DNA of 64,000 bases from Candidatus Multivorans sp. (lineage in GTDB: Bacteria; Acidobacteriota; Thermoanaerobaculia; Multivoradales; Multivoraceae), in contig OZ245033.1 of the NCBI GenBank assembly GCA_965224025.1, forward strand, positions 2,144,001 to 2,208,000, given 5' to 3'. Position 1 is the stretch's first letter. Each line of letters opens with the position of its first letter. The notes beneath the pieces were generated by a model, which saw nothing but the letters and a program-made list of their open reading frames with translations, searched no databases and was not told the DNA's origin. Of the stretch, positions 20,378 through 29,620 are shown piece after piece. The translations under genes and the position numbers were made by a program.

Positions 20378-20773
20378 TCAGCCGTCGCCGGCAACCGTGC
20401 GTGCCGGCCGGGATGAGATCAACGACACGTCCAGACTCACCTGCTCATACGGTACCTGGGGGATCAACTTGCCGCGGCGCCCCTTCTCCAGTTCCACGAG
20501 ACCGTAGCGCGACATCGTCTTCAGGGTACGCGAGAGATTCGACTTGTTTCTTCCCGTAAGCACGGCCAACTCGGTCAGCGAGTCCGGCTGCTCGCGGGCG
20601 ATCAGAGCAAGCAGCTCTCGGTTGCGCTGGGAGAGCACCTTCGCGAAGCTCTCGAGGGAGGTGAACCACACCCTCGGCTCTCCCTCGGTCGGCTTGCGCT
20701 CGCCACGGGCGATCGCCAGCGTGCGCTCCTTCATTTGCCCGTAGTCAGCGATGCCGATCTTGAGCGTCTTCAT
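20378..20773 (-). CDS. HTH transcriptional regulator/antitoxin (HVO_A0114-like)
   Basis: MKTLKIGIA...WFTSLESFAKVLS..NRELL...SLTELA..TGRNKSNLSRTLKTM. Confidence 0.82.
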   Translation of the reverse strand: MKTLKIGIADYGQMKERTLAIARGERKPTEGEPRVWFTSLESFAKVLSQRNRELLALIAREQPDSLTELAVLTGRNKSNLSRTLKTMSRYGLVELEKGRRGKLIPQVPYEQVSLDVSLISSRPARTVAGDG

Positions 20774-20931
20774 GAGAATGATCCTCTTTCACGCAGCACT
20801 TGGTCGAGGGTCTTACCTTCGGTGCGTCTCACGATGAACTTCACTCAGTGGCCGACCTCGTCCACGAACAGCGTCTGGCCGTGAAGGTCCAGCAACGTGT
20901 CGAGCGCGGGATCGCGTGCGCCCTTCTTCAC
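20770..20931 (-). pseudogene. Inactivated DUF6516-type toxin (nonsense codon plus in-frame core deletion)
   Basis: VKKGARDPALDTLLDLHGQTLFVDEVGH*VKFIVRRTE-GKTLDQVLRERG; the stop overlaps the antitoxin ATG (ATGA). Confidence 0.7.
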
Positions 20932-21077
20932 CGGCGAAAGTTATCAGTAAATGACAACCCGGAACGAGGATGTCTCGTGCAGGGGCGCACCGGGGCCAGC
21001 GCCGGGTGGGATGCCTGGCCAGCTTGCCGCTCGTTTCATCGACAGCGAGACCGCGGCCGGCGTTACACTCCTCCACC

Positions 21078-22082
21078 ATGGCCGACCCCCTCCCCAAGAT
21101 CGCACGGCGGCCGCGCGAGCCGCGGCGGCCGCTCGATCTGGCGGACTTCCCGGGATGCCGCGCCGTTCACCTGCCGGTCGAGAAGCTGGACGACTACGAG
21201 GGCCGCATCGAGTACTGGGAGGCCCGCACCGAGACGGCGATGATTCTCGCCGAGCCGGCGACGGTTTATCACGAGATTCCGTCGGCTGGAGTAGCGGGTC
21301 AAGTGGAGATGATCTCCCAAGCGCGCGGCGCGAAGATTCTGGCGCTCGGTTCGGCGGACTTGGTGCAGCGCGGGGAGAAGGGGGGCGTCGAGGTCCTCAT
21401 GCAGGCGGACGCGGTCTTCTTTCTGGACCGGCCCTGGCCGACGGGCAAGGCGATCGATGTGGGCTGCGGTCCGCTGCCCGATGTCGTGCTGGAAGTGGAT
21501 CACACGACCGACGTGCGGCGGCGAAAGCTGGGGGTCTACGCGTCGTTGGGGTTCCCCGAGGTGTGGGTGGAAGTGCCGGAGCCAGTGTGGCTTGCGCCGC
21601 GGACTTCGGGCCGGCCGCGACTGACGATCTACCTGCTGGAGGGCGGCGGCTACGTCGAGTCGGCCGTCAGCCGGGCGTTTGGGGACTGGCGGGCGGCGGA
21701 GATTCACCGGGCGCTGAACGAGGAGGGGAAGTCGGCGGAGACCGTGGCGGCGGTGCGGCGTGTGGGCCGCGGGCTGGGCAGGGCGGCCGGCACCGGCCCC
21801 GACGACGACCGGTTCCTCGGCGCCGAACGCGAAGAGAGCCGCGCGGAGGGCCGTGCGGAAGGCCGTGCGGAAGGCGGGCTGGAGATGGCGCGTTCCCTCG
21901 TGCGGCAGGCGCTCCAGGCCCGCGACCTCGCGATCACGCCTGCCGTGGAAGCCTGGCTGGAGTGGCTCTCGGCGACCACGGATACAACCGCCGCCATCAG
22001 GGCAGCGGTCGAGTGCCGCGATGCCGAGGACTTCCTGCGCCGGGTCGAGACGCCGCCGGCCGGACCGGACGCGCGAACGTAG
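21078..22082 (+). CDS. Uma2-like (PD-(D/E)XK fold) protein
   Basis: RIEYWE, HE, MQADAVFF, PDVVLEVDHTTD, KLGVYASLGFPEVWVEV; C-terminal RAEG x3. Confidence 0.75.
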   Translation: MADPLPKIARRPREPRRPLDLADFPGCRAVHLPVEKLDDYEGRIEYWEARTETAMILAEPATVYHEIPSAGVAGQVEMISQARGAKILALGSADLVQRGEKGGVEVLMQADAVFFLDRPWPTGKAIDVGCGPLPDVVLEVDHTTDVRRRKLGVYASLGFPEVWVEVPEPVWLAPRTSGRPRLTIYLLEGGGYVESAVSRAFGDWRAAEIHRALNEEGKSAETVAAVRRVGRGLGRAAGTGPDDDRFLGAEREESRAEGRAEGRAEGGLEMARSLVRQALQARDLAITPAVEAWLEWLSATTDTTAAIRAAVECRDAEDFLRRVETPPAGPDART

Positions 22083-22163
22083 CCGACGCCGTCAGCCTCA
22101 TGAAGGCGCTCGTCGGCCGGTGGTAGCCTTGACGTACCGCAAATCGTCCACAGGAAGACGCCG

Positions 22164-22616
22164 ATGATGACGACGCGATTCTGTTCTCGCCTTGCCCTGC
22201 CGGTCCTTGGCCTTGCTGCGGCCTTGGCCTTGGCCCTCCTTGTTCCGCCCCAACCGGCAGCCGCCCATCACGCCTTCGCGGCCGAGTTCGACGCCACGAA
22301 GCCGGTGCGCCTGCGCGGCCAGGTGACGAAGGTCGAGTGGGTGAATCCGCACGCCTGGATTCACATCGACGTCACCGACGAGGACGGCACGGTGACGGCC
22401 TGGATGGTCGAGTGCGGTCCGCCGGGCGCCCTGGTGCGGCGAGGCTGGAAGAAGAACTCGGTGGCGCCGGGGACCGAGGTCCTGGTCGAGGGTTACCAGG
22501 CGATCGATGGGGCGCCAAGGGCGAACGGCCGCGATGTCACCCTGCCCGACGGGCGCCGACTGTTCGCGGGCTCGTCCGGCACCGGCGCGCCGTACGACGA
22601 TCGGGAATCGGGCTGA
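22164..22616 (+). CDS. DUF6152 family secreted protein
   Basis: Signal peptide, then AHHAFAAEFD, VEWVNPHAWI, W.VE.GPP..L.RRGW. Confidence 0.85.
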   Translation: MMTTRFCSRLALPVLGLAAALALALLVPPQPAAAHHAFAAEFDATKPVRLRGQVTKVEWVNPHAWIHIDVTDEDGTVTAWMVECGPPGALVRRGWKKNSVAPGTEVLVEGYQAIDGAPRANGRDVTLPDGRRLFAGSSGTGAPYDDRESG

Positions 22617-22639
22617 GCCGGATCCCCGCCAGTCAGAGC

Positions 22640-22890
22640 GCCGGAAAGGGCGGCCCTGTCCTTCGTGAACGACAAGTTCGGCTGGTTCTACATCGCCGCG
22701 GCGAATCTCTTCGTGCCGGCGACGGCCTCGAGAACGACATGGCCACTGGGATGTTCGCCATGCTGGAGGCCTTCCCCCTCTCCGGCGCCGCGTCGCTGCT
22801 GGGCGTGCTTCTGGTCGTCTCGTTCTTCGTCACGTCCTCGGACTCCGGCTCCCTGGTCGTCGACCACCTCACGGCCGGGGGACGGGCCGC
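22640..22890 (+). pseudogene. BCCT (betaine/choline/carnitine) transporter remnant
   Basis: N-terminal NDKFGWFYI joined out of frame to C-terminal FFVTSSDSGSLVVDHLTAGG. Confidence 0.75.
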
Positions 22891-23086
22891 CCCCGGTGGC
22901 GCCGGGTGGTGGTGGCGTTGTAGTACCACCCAGAGACCGATGATCGAGGAGGTGTCGGAATGAAGGTCGAGCGTGGCCTTCTTCTGGGTCCTGTCGGCTC
23001 TATTGATGCGGTCAAGCGGCCGGAATCTTGCGGCTATCGTGTTGGTTGTACTTGGACACATCGAATCAACCATGTGAGGTGACCAG

Positions 23087-23632
23087 ATGACGACTGAAAG
23101 CTCGGCCAGTCTGACGAAGATCGTTGGGGCGATGCTCGCCCTCGCAGTGGCGTTCACTCTCGGCTTTGTGGTGCGATCTCAGCTTCCGGAGGAGCGGGAA
23201 ACACCGGACGCGGTGGAAGTGGTGGCGCAGGACTTGTTGCGGCAAATAACCGAACAGCGGGAATCTGCTGCTCGTGTAGTGCGGGTAGACGGCCTCGGCG
23301 TAGGCCGGGAAGACTTGTCGATGTTCGAGGCCGGGTTCGAGCCGGCGCCTCCCGGCGCCACGCGGCCGGTGAAGGTCGACGGTGTGAAGCCGGAGTACAC
23401 GGATCTCGCCAAGGCGGCTCGGCTTCAAGGTGTCGTCATCCTGCGGGCCGCGATCGACCAGGAAGGCAACGTCGCCGGCGTCGAGGTCCTCAAGGAACTC
23501 CCAATGGGGCTCACCGAGGCTGCGGTGGACGCCGTGAAGCAGTCGAAGTTCGAGCCGGCGACGATCGATGGTGAGCCCATCCCGGTCAGCCATCACGTCT
23601 CGGTGAACTTCCGGCTCGGCAAGCTCGGCTGA
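23087..23632 (+). CDS. TonB C-terminal domain protein
   Basis: N-terminal TM; PEYT..A..ARLQGVVIL...ID..G.V...GLTEAAVDAVKQ.KFEPA. Confidence 0.85.
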   Translation: MTTESSASLTKIVGAMLALAVAFTLGFVVRSQLPEERETPDAVEVVAQDLLRQITEQRESAARVVRVDGLGVGREDLSMFEAGFEPAPPGATRPVKVDGVKPEYTDLAKAARLQGVVILRAAIDQEGNVAGVEVLKELPMGLTEAAVDAVKQSKFEPATIDGEPIPVSHHVSVNFRLGKLG

Positions 23633-23740
23633 GCGTGCGCCCCGGTAGGGGCTGCGGCTGGTCTCAACGCGCTCCGGCGCCGGGACTCGGTGGTACCGTT
23701 GCGGTGACAACGGATACACCGATGCACGAGGAGGTGTCGG

Positions 23741-24829
23741 ATGAACTTTGAGCGTTCCTTTTTCCTGAGCCTGGCGGTTCTTCTGGCCGCCCCGATCGCG
23801 GTCGCGGCGCAGGACGAGATTCCGCGGCGTCCCGACGGCAAGCCGGATCTCGCCGGCGCGTACAACGTGGCGACGCTGACTCCGCTTACGAGGCCGCGCG
23901 AGTTTGGCGATCGGCTGACGCTGACCGACGAGGAAGCGTCCGCGATAGCCCGCCGCAAGGCGGAGATCTACGAGGCGGACTTCAAGCCCAGCGATCCGAA
24001 CCGTGAAGCCCCACCGGTGGGAGGCGCTCCGATCTTCGATCCGGGTCTCGAGGGCGCCTCCGGCGGCAGCGGCGGCTACAACGCCTTCTACATGGACCCG
24101 GGCGACAACGCGATCCGAATCGACGGCAAGTGGCGTACTTCGATCATGACCGATCCGCCGAACGGCCGGTATCCGGAGATGACGGATGCGGGCATGAAGC
24201 GGCGCGCCGCGCAGTTTGCGGCTTTCGGTCACAAGAACACCGGCACCGCCTGGTGGCTCGAGGAGCGGGAGGACGGCGCCGGCCCCTACGACGACATGGA
24301 ACAGCGGCCTCTGGCCGAGCGCTGCCTGATGGGGTTCAGCTCGACGGGCGGGCCTCCGATGCTGCCGGCGCTCTACAACAACCACAAACGGATCGTGCAG
24401 ACCGGGAACCACGTGATGATCCTGATCGAGATGGTCCACGACGCCCGCGTCGTGCGCATCGGCGGCGAGCATGCGCCCGCTTCGGAGCGCCGGTGGCTGG
24501 GCGACTCGATCGGCTGGTGGGAGGGCGACACCCTGGTCGTCGACACGACGAACTTCGGCGACGAGCCGGCTCTCGGTTCGGCGACGAAGGACCTGCACGT
24601 CACCGAACGCTTCCAGCGCCTGCCGAACGGCGATCTGCTCTACGACTTCACCGTGGAGGATCCAAACGTCTGGGAGACGTCCTGGAGCGGTGAGTACGTG
24701 TGGCGGTCGACGCCCAACAAGGTCTTCGAGTACGCCTGCCACGAAGGGAACTACGCGCTGGGCAACGTGATGCGCGGCGCCCGGTTGCTGGAGGCGGACG
24801 CGATGGCAGCTTCAACCGGCGGAGAGTGA
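23741..24829 (+). CDS. Secreted conserved hypothetical protein (GRWEGDTLVV family)
   Basis: IPRRPDGKPDL, DPPNGR, ERC, YNN, GDSIGWWEGDTLVVDTTNF, EYACHEGNY; strong RBS. Confidence 0.85.
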   Translation: MNFERSFFLSLAVLLAAPIAVAAQDEIPRRPDGKPDLAGAYNVATLTPLTRPREFGDRLTLTDEEASAIARRKAEIYEADFKPSDPNREAPPVGGAPIFDPGLEGASGGSGGYNAFYMDPGDNAIRIDGKWRTSIMTDPPNGRYPEMTDAGMKRRAAQFAAFGHKNTGTAWWLEEREDGAGPYDDMEQRPLAERCLMGFSSTGGPPMLPALYNNHKRIVQTGNHVMILIEMVHDARVVRIGGEHAPASERRWLGDSIGWWEGDTLVVDTTNFGDEPALGSATKDLHVTERFQRLPNGDLLYDFTVEDPNVWETSWSGEYVWRSTPNKVFEYACHEGNYALGNVMRGARLLEADAMAASTGGE

Positions 24830-25206
24830 TCCGCTCGGTCGGGCCGGCGTCAGGACCAAGTCATCGAGGCTCGGTGTGGCCGTCATGGCCGGCTTGGCTG
24901 TGCTTGCTGCTGGTCGTTGCAGTGGGGTTGCCGGTAGCGGCAGCGGCTCAGCAGCCACCGAACATCCTCGTCTTGGCGCCGCGGCCGGTGATCGAGGTCC
25001 ACGACCTGGAGGCGGATCCCCACGAGCTGGTCAACCTCGCCGGGCGGCCCGAGGCGGCGCGGATCGCCCGCGAGCTGAGCCGGGTGCTCGATGCCTGGAT
25101 CGACCGCACGGAGGACTTTCCGCCGAGTCGGCGGCGCCGCGCGGACAACACGGACCGGGTGAGCGGCGTGAAGTTCAGCCAGAAGGTGCCGCGGCTGGAG
25201 CCGTAG
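24826..25206 (+). pseudogene. Sulfatase gene collapsed by a large in-frame deletion
   Basis: Signal peptide and QQPPNILV joined directly to C-terminal RP..E.HDLEADPHELVNLA; the catalytic core is absent. Confidence 0.75.
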
Positions 25207-25262
25207 CTGGCCCACTTGGGGCTGCATCCGGCGCGCAGCGCCGGCTCCGCTTCTGCTCCGAC

Positions 25263-27176
25263 TCAGCGGTCCAGCACCTGCAGCACGATCCGTGACGGAT
25301 GCTCCGCCGAGTGGTGGACCGCGTTGTTCGCCGTCCGCCACTCGGTCTCGTCGTAGTTGTTGCCGCCGGTGTTCAGGTTGCGGTCGTAGCGGGGGAAGTT
25401 GCTGCTCGAGATCTCGATCCGCAGCCGGTGGCCCGCGCCGAAGACGTTCGCGGTCGCGAGCGGCCCGAGCGCGACCTCGTAGACCGTGCCCGACGCCATG
25501 TGGACGTGGCGGTCGAAGCCCTCTCGGTAGCGCATGCGCAGGATGGTGTCGTCCAGGTTGAAGGCGCGGCCGTCGGGGTGGACATGGGCGAGCTTGACGG
25601 TGAAGTCGGTGTCGGGCGCGTCGGACGACACATGGAGGATCACCTCGACCGGTCCGACCACCGCCAGCGCCTCCTCGAACGGCGCCGACGTGTAGACGAG
25701 CACGTCGGAGCGGGCCTCGACGCCGCGCTGGTCGAAGGCGCCGGGTTCGTAGTCGCCCATGCAGCAGAAGGCGCCGCCGTGGGTCGGCGCCGGCGAGCCC
25801 GGGTCGTACACGAAACTGTCGGCGCCGGCGCCGCTCGCTCCGGCGTCGGCGGTCAACGTGCCGTCGCCTGCGGCGCTGTTCGCGCTGCCGTTGCTGGAGA
25901 GATACAGCGTCATCGGTTCCACTCCGGCCGGCGGCCAGTCGTCCGCGTTCTGCCAACGGTCCTCGCCCATCAGGAAGTAGCGGACCCTGGCGTATCGGTT
26001 CTCGAAGCCGTTCGCCTCAGGCTTCGTGAAGCGGTCGAGGAACGCCCACAGCATCTCGTCGAAGCCGAAGTCGGTGTCGCCGAAGTTCCGCTCGCCGACG
26101 ATCAGGGGATCCGTGAGGCGGTACATGTTGCAGTGCAGGCTGGGTGCCACGACCATGTACTGGTGATCGCGGACCTCGGGGTCGGCGTTCCGGCGCACGT
26201 GGTCGTAGAGGGCCAGGTTGGGCGACACGGAGAGGTCGTACCAGGAGTTCGCCCACAGGGCCGGCACGGCGAAGGGCTCGTCGTCGTGGTAGAGGCCGCC
26301 CTCATACCAGGCCGGATCGTCCGGCATGCGGGCGGCGAACTCGCCGAAAATCCCCTTGGGCCCGCCGACGGACTCGATCAAGGTCTGGACGGGTAGGTGC
26401 CGCAGCGCCTGCTGCCACTCGACGGCCGGCATCTTGGCGGCCAGGTCGAAGTAGGTCGCGAGCCGTTCCAGGTCTTCCCGGCTGGTGCCCGGAGGGAAGG
26501 TCGGGCGCAGGGTGTTCTGCTCGCCGTAGAGCCAGACCGCCATCGGAAGCTGCAGGGCGCCGCCGCGATAGAAGTTCCCCTGCTCGTAGAACGGCCCCAT
26601 GCGGCCGATACCCGCGCCCTGACCCATCGGCACGGCGGCGGCGTGGCCGGGATGCCGCATCGCCGCGAGGCCCATCTGCCACTCCGCGGTCGAAGAGCAG
26701 CCGAGCGTCGCGACGTTGCCGTTGGACCACGGCTGGTCGGTGATCCAGGTCAGCGCGTCGTAGCCGTCGGACCGCGGCCGCCCGAGGATCTCCCAGTCGC
26801 CCTCGGAGAAGAACTTGCCGCGCTCGTTCTGGACCACGAAGGCGTAGCCGCGCTCGATCGCGTCGAGCCCGAACTTGAGCAAAGCGCTCGGACGCTCCAG
26901 GTTCGGCCCCGGTAGGAGGCTGAAGTTGTAGGGCGTGCGCCAGAAGATCGCCGGCACCGGTCCCTGAGCGTCGCGAGGCCGGTAGATTTCGGTGGCGAGG
27001 CGCACGCCGTCCCGCATCGGTACCATGACCATCCGATCGATCTCCGCCTTGCGGTCGAGGTCGGCCCGGCGCACCGGGTCCGGCGTGCGGTGGATCTGGG
27101 CGCTGAGAGACGACCCGATCAAGCCGAGGGAGAGGGAAACTGCGAGTAGACGGATGACCGATCGAACCTGGCTCAT
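25263..27176 (-). CDS. CocE/NonD family hydrolase, secreted
   Basis: PMRDGVRLATEIYRP, RTPY, ERGKFFSEG, WSNGNV..LGCSS, HRLRIEISSSNFPR; ggaggag RBS. Confidence 0.92.
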   Translation of the reverse strand: MSQVRSVIRLLAVSLSLGLIGSSLSAQIHRTPDPVRRADLDRKAEIDRMVMVPMRDGVRLATEIYRPRDAQGPVPAIFWRTPYNFSLLPGPNLERPSALLKFGLDAIERGYAFVVQNERGKFFSEGDWEILGRPRSDGYDALTWITDQPWSNGNVATLGCSSTAEWQMGLAAMRHPGHAAAVPMGQGAGIGRMGPFYEQGNFYRGGALQLPMAVWLYGEQNTLRPTFPPGTSREDLERLATYFDLAAKMPAVEWQQALRHLPVQTLIESVGGPKGIFGEFAARMPDDPAWYEGGLYHDDEPFAVPALWANSWYDLSVSPNLALYDHVRRNADPEVRDHQYMVVAPSLHCNMYRLTDPLIVGERNFGDTDFGFDEMLWAFLDRFTKPEANGFENRYARVRYFLMGEDRWQNADDWPPAGVEPMTLYLSSNGSANSAAGDGTLTADAGASGAGADSFVYDPGSPAPTHGGAFCCMGDYEPGAFDQRGVEARSDVLVYTSAPFEEALAVVGPVEVILHVSSDAPDTDFTVKLAHVHPDGRAFNLDDTILRMRYREGFDRHVHMASGTVYEVALGPLATANVFGAGHRLRIEISSSNFPRYDRNLNTGGNNYDETEWRTANNAVHHSAEHPSRIVLQVLDR

Positions 27177-27861
27177 GAGGATCTCCTCCTTCGGGCTGCG
27201 GCGCGGTTCCCTTCCCGCAGCGGCGGCGGGATGTGCCGCGGTCCTCGTCCTGGCGCCGGCCATTGTGCCAGTTGCCGCCGCTTCGGATTCGGCTGCCGTC
27301 AAACCCGGTCGCATCGCCGTTCTGGTCGCCGGCCGGGAAGACGATCGCATCTCCATGGTGGTCGACGCGGCGGCGTTCTGGAACCGGGCCGCCTCCGCCG
27401 TGGGATTCGCTTCCGCGTTCGCCGATCCGCTGCTCGTGTCGCCCCCGCGGAGCCTGCGGCCGTTCGAGAACTACGCGCACCAACTCTCGCAACTCGCCGG
27501 CCGCCTGCACTCGTCGGATCCCGGCCCCGAGCCTCCGGAGGCGCTCTTCGCGGTCGATGCGGAGGTCGTCGTGCTGCTGTCGGCGCAGAATCTCATGCCC
27601 TTCGCCTGGCCGTATGGGGAGGACGGGCGCCACTTCGTCGCCGTGCCGTCGGGTGACGAACGCGAAGACGTGACCCGGAACGTGATCGCGCACGAGCTGG
27701 GGCATGTGCTTGGCTTGGAACACATTCGCGAGCCCGGCGTTCTGATGTGCCAGCCGTGCGACACCTCGTCCGCGCGCAGCCGTGACCAGCCCCGGTTCCT
27801 GCCGCTCACCGACCTCGACCGCGAGCGGCTTCGCACCTTCCTGGAGGGAACTCGACCATGA
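27175..27861 (+). CDS. Matrixin-like zinc metalloprotease
   Basis: HELGHVLGLEH plus Met-turn LM; start uncertain. Confidence 0.75.
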   Translation: MRISSFGLRRGSLPAAAAGCAAVLVLAPAIVPVAAASDSAAVKPGRIAVLVAGREDDRISMVVDAAAFWNRAASAVGFASAFADPLLVSPPRSLRPFENYAHQLSQLAGRLHSSDPGPEPPEALFAVDAEVVVLLSAQNLMPFAWPYGEDGRHFVAVPSGDEREDVTRNVIAHELGHVLGLEHIREPGVLMCQPCDTSSARSRDQPRFLPLTDLDRERLRTFLEGTRP

Positions 27862-29522
27862 CGTCTACTGCTGGAAACGTTTGGACCCGCAGGCGCTTCA
27901 TCGCCACGACCGCCGCGGCCGCCGCAGGCGCCGGACTCGCCCGCTCGCCCGCTGACGCTCAGGACGGCTGGCGCGCCGGATCGCTCCAGCACCTGATCCC
28001 CGCGGCGAGCCACGATCGCGTGGCGCTCAAGTGCTCGTTCGCGGCGCCGCTTGACTTCGTGCCGATGCTGCGGATCGGCCGCCGCCTGGTTGCGGGCCGC
28101 AGCACGGACTCCGAGCGGCGCTTCTTTTCCTTCGACACCACCGGCCTGGAGCCGGATGTCGAGTACAGCCTGCAGCTTCTAGGCGGCGGCGAGGCGCTGT
28201 GCGATTCGTGGCCGCTCCGAACTTTCCCTTTGCCGTCGGCGCAACCCGAGTCGGTGCGGTTTCTGGTCTACACCTGCGCCGGCGGCCACCCGGAAGCGGG
28301 CGGCGACCAACCGCACTTCCTGCCCCTCGCCGTCCGCCGCCGGCTGCTGCGCCGGGCGCTCTCCTTCCGGCCGCGGGCGTTGATCGCGATCGGCGACCAC
28401 ATCTACTGGGACCAGCGCACGTTGCTCGACAACCGCGGCGAGGAGCGCGGCCGTGCGGCGCGCGAGTTCTACGAGCGGATCGGTTGGCTCGACCTGAGCC
28501 AGCCGGCCCTCGGCACTCCGAACGAGACGTCGATCAAGGCGGCCGCCGGGCCGCAGATCGCGGATCTCTACGGCGTGATGCTGCGGTCTGTGCCGTCCTA
28601 CTTCGTCAGCGACGACCACGACTACTACGAGAACGACGACGCCGACCCGCAGATGATCACCCTGCCGCCGGACCGCTACCAGCTTGAGTTCGCGCGCTTC
28701 ACCCGCAACGCGTACCTGCCCGAGTTCCTGCCCGACATCGAACGTCCGCTGGCGATGTCAGGCGCCGGCGCCGGCGACCGGGCGCCCGGCATCTCCGAGG
28801 CCTTCGGCACCTTCCGGTATGGCCAACTGGCCGAAGTCCTCATCTACGACTGCGCCCGCCACCTCTCGCTCAAGGGCGCCCACGCGGGTTTGGTGCCGCC
28901 GGAGGCGGAGCACTGGCTGCACCAGCGCACCCGGGACCAGGGCGTGGCGCAGTTGTTTCACGTCCCGTCCCACCCGTTCGGCTGGTCGGCGGGCAAGTGG
29001 CGCGAGTGGTACCCGGACGTGGCCGACCTCGACGACGGCGGCGCCACCGTGTCACGGATCGGCGACTTCGCCGGCAGCAACTTCCGGCTGACAACAAAGC
29101 GCGAGAAGTACTTCTGGCAGAAGGGGTGGTGGCGCCAGCATCAGCGTCTGCTCGAGTCGTTGGCGTCGCAGTCGAGACGGCCGGGCGTCGTGCTCTCGGG
29201 CGACCTGCACGCGATCGGCCATTCGGCCCTCATGCGGAGCGGCGACCTCGACCTGTCCGGGAATCCGGTCCACGCCGTGCTCACCGGGCCGGTGGGCACC
29301 CTGCGCGGCTGGCCCTCCGCGGCGCGCGGCACGCCGCCTCTTGCCGCCACCGGGCTGGTTCACGATGTGCGGGGCGAGACCTTCGAGAAGAACGGCTTCG
29401 CGCTCTTCGACGTGTCGCCGTCCGAGATCACGGTGCGACTCTTCGCGTGGAAGACTGGCGAGCCCGAGTCGGCGATCGACGAGCTCGAGCCGTATCACAC
29501 GTCGGTGATCCGCCGGGGCTGA
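27858..29522 (+). CDS. Tat-exported PhoD-like metallophosphatase
   Basis: TRRRFI signal; GDHIYWD, DDHDY, LSGDLH motifs. Confidence 0.75.
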   Translation: MTSTAGNVWTRRRFIATTAAAAAGAGLARSPADAQDGWRAGSLQHLIPAASHDRVALKCSFAAPLDFVPMLRIGRRLVAGRSTDSERRFFSFDTTGLEPDVEYSLQLLGGGEALCDSWPLRTFPLPSAQPESVRFLVYTCAGGHPEAGGDQPHFLPLAVRRRLLRRALSFRPRALIAIGDHIYWDQRTLLDNRGEERGRAAREFYERIGWLDLSQPALGTPNETSIKAAAGPQIADLYGVMLRSVPSYFVSDDHDYYENDDADPQMITLPPDRYQLEFARFTRNAYLPEFLPDIERPLAMSGAGAGDRAPGISEAFGTFRYGQLAEVLIYDCARHLSLKGAHAGLVPPEAEHWLHQRTRDQGVAQLFHVPSHPFGWSAGKWREWYPDVADLDDGGATVSRIGDFAGSNFRLTTKREKYFWQKGWWRQHQRLLESLASQSRRPGVVLSGDLHAIGHSALMRSGDLDLSGNPVHAVLTGPVGTLRGWPSAARGTPPLAATGLVHDVRGETFEKNGFALFDVSPSEITVRLFAWKTGEPESAIDELEPYHTSVIRRG

Positions 29523-29535
29523 TTCGATCGAGGGG

Positions 29536-29567
29536 CGGATGCGGGCGAGACGCCCGCGTTCCCAGGG
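29536..29567 (-). repeat. Uninterrupted REP-like palindrome
   Basis: Reverse complement reads ccctgggaac-gcgggc-gtctc-gcccgc-atcc. Confidence 0.65.
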
Positions 29568-29620
29568 AAGACTCACCGTTCCGGCTGTGTCGGGAGGACG
29601 TCATTCGGTACTGTTCGCCG

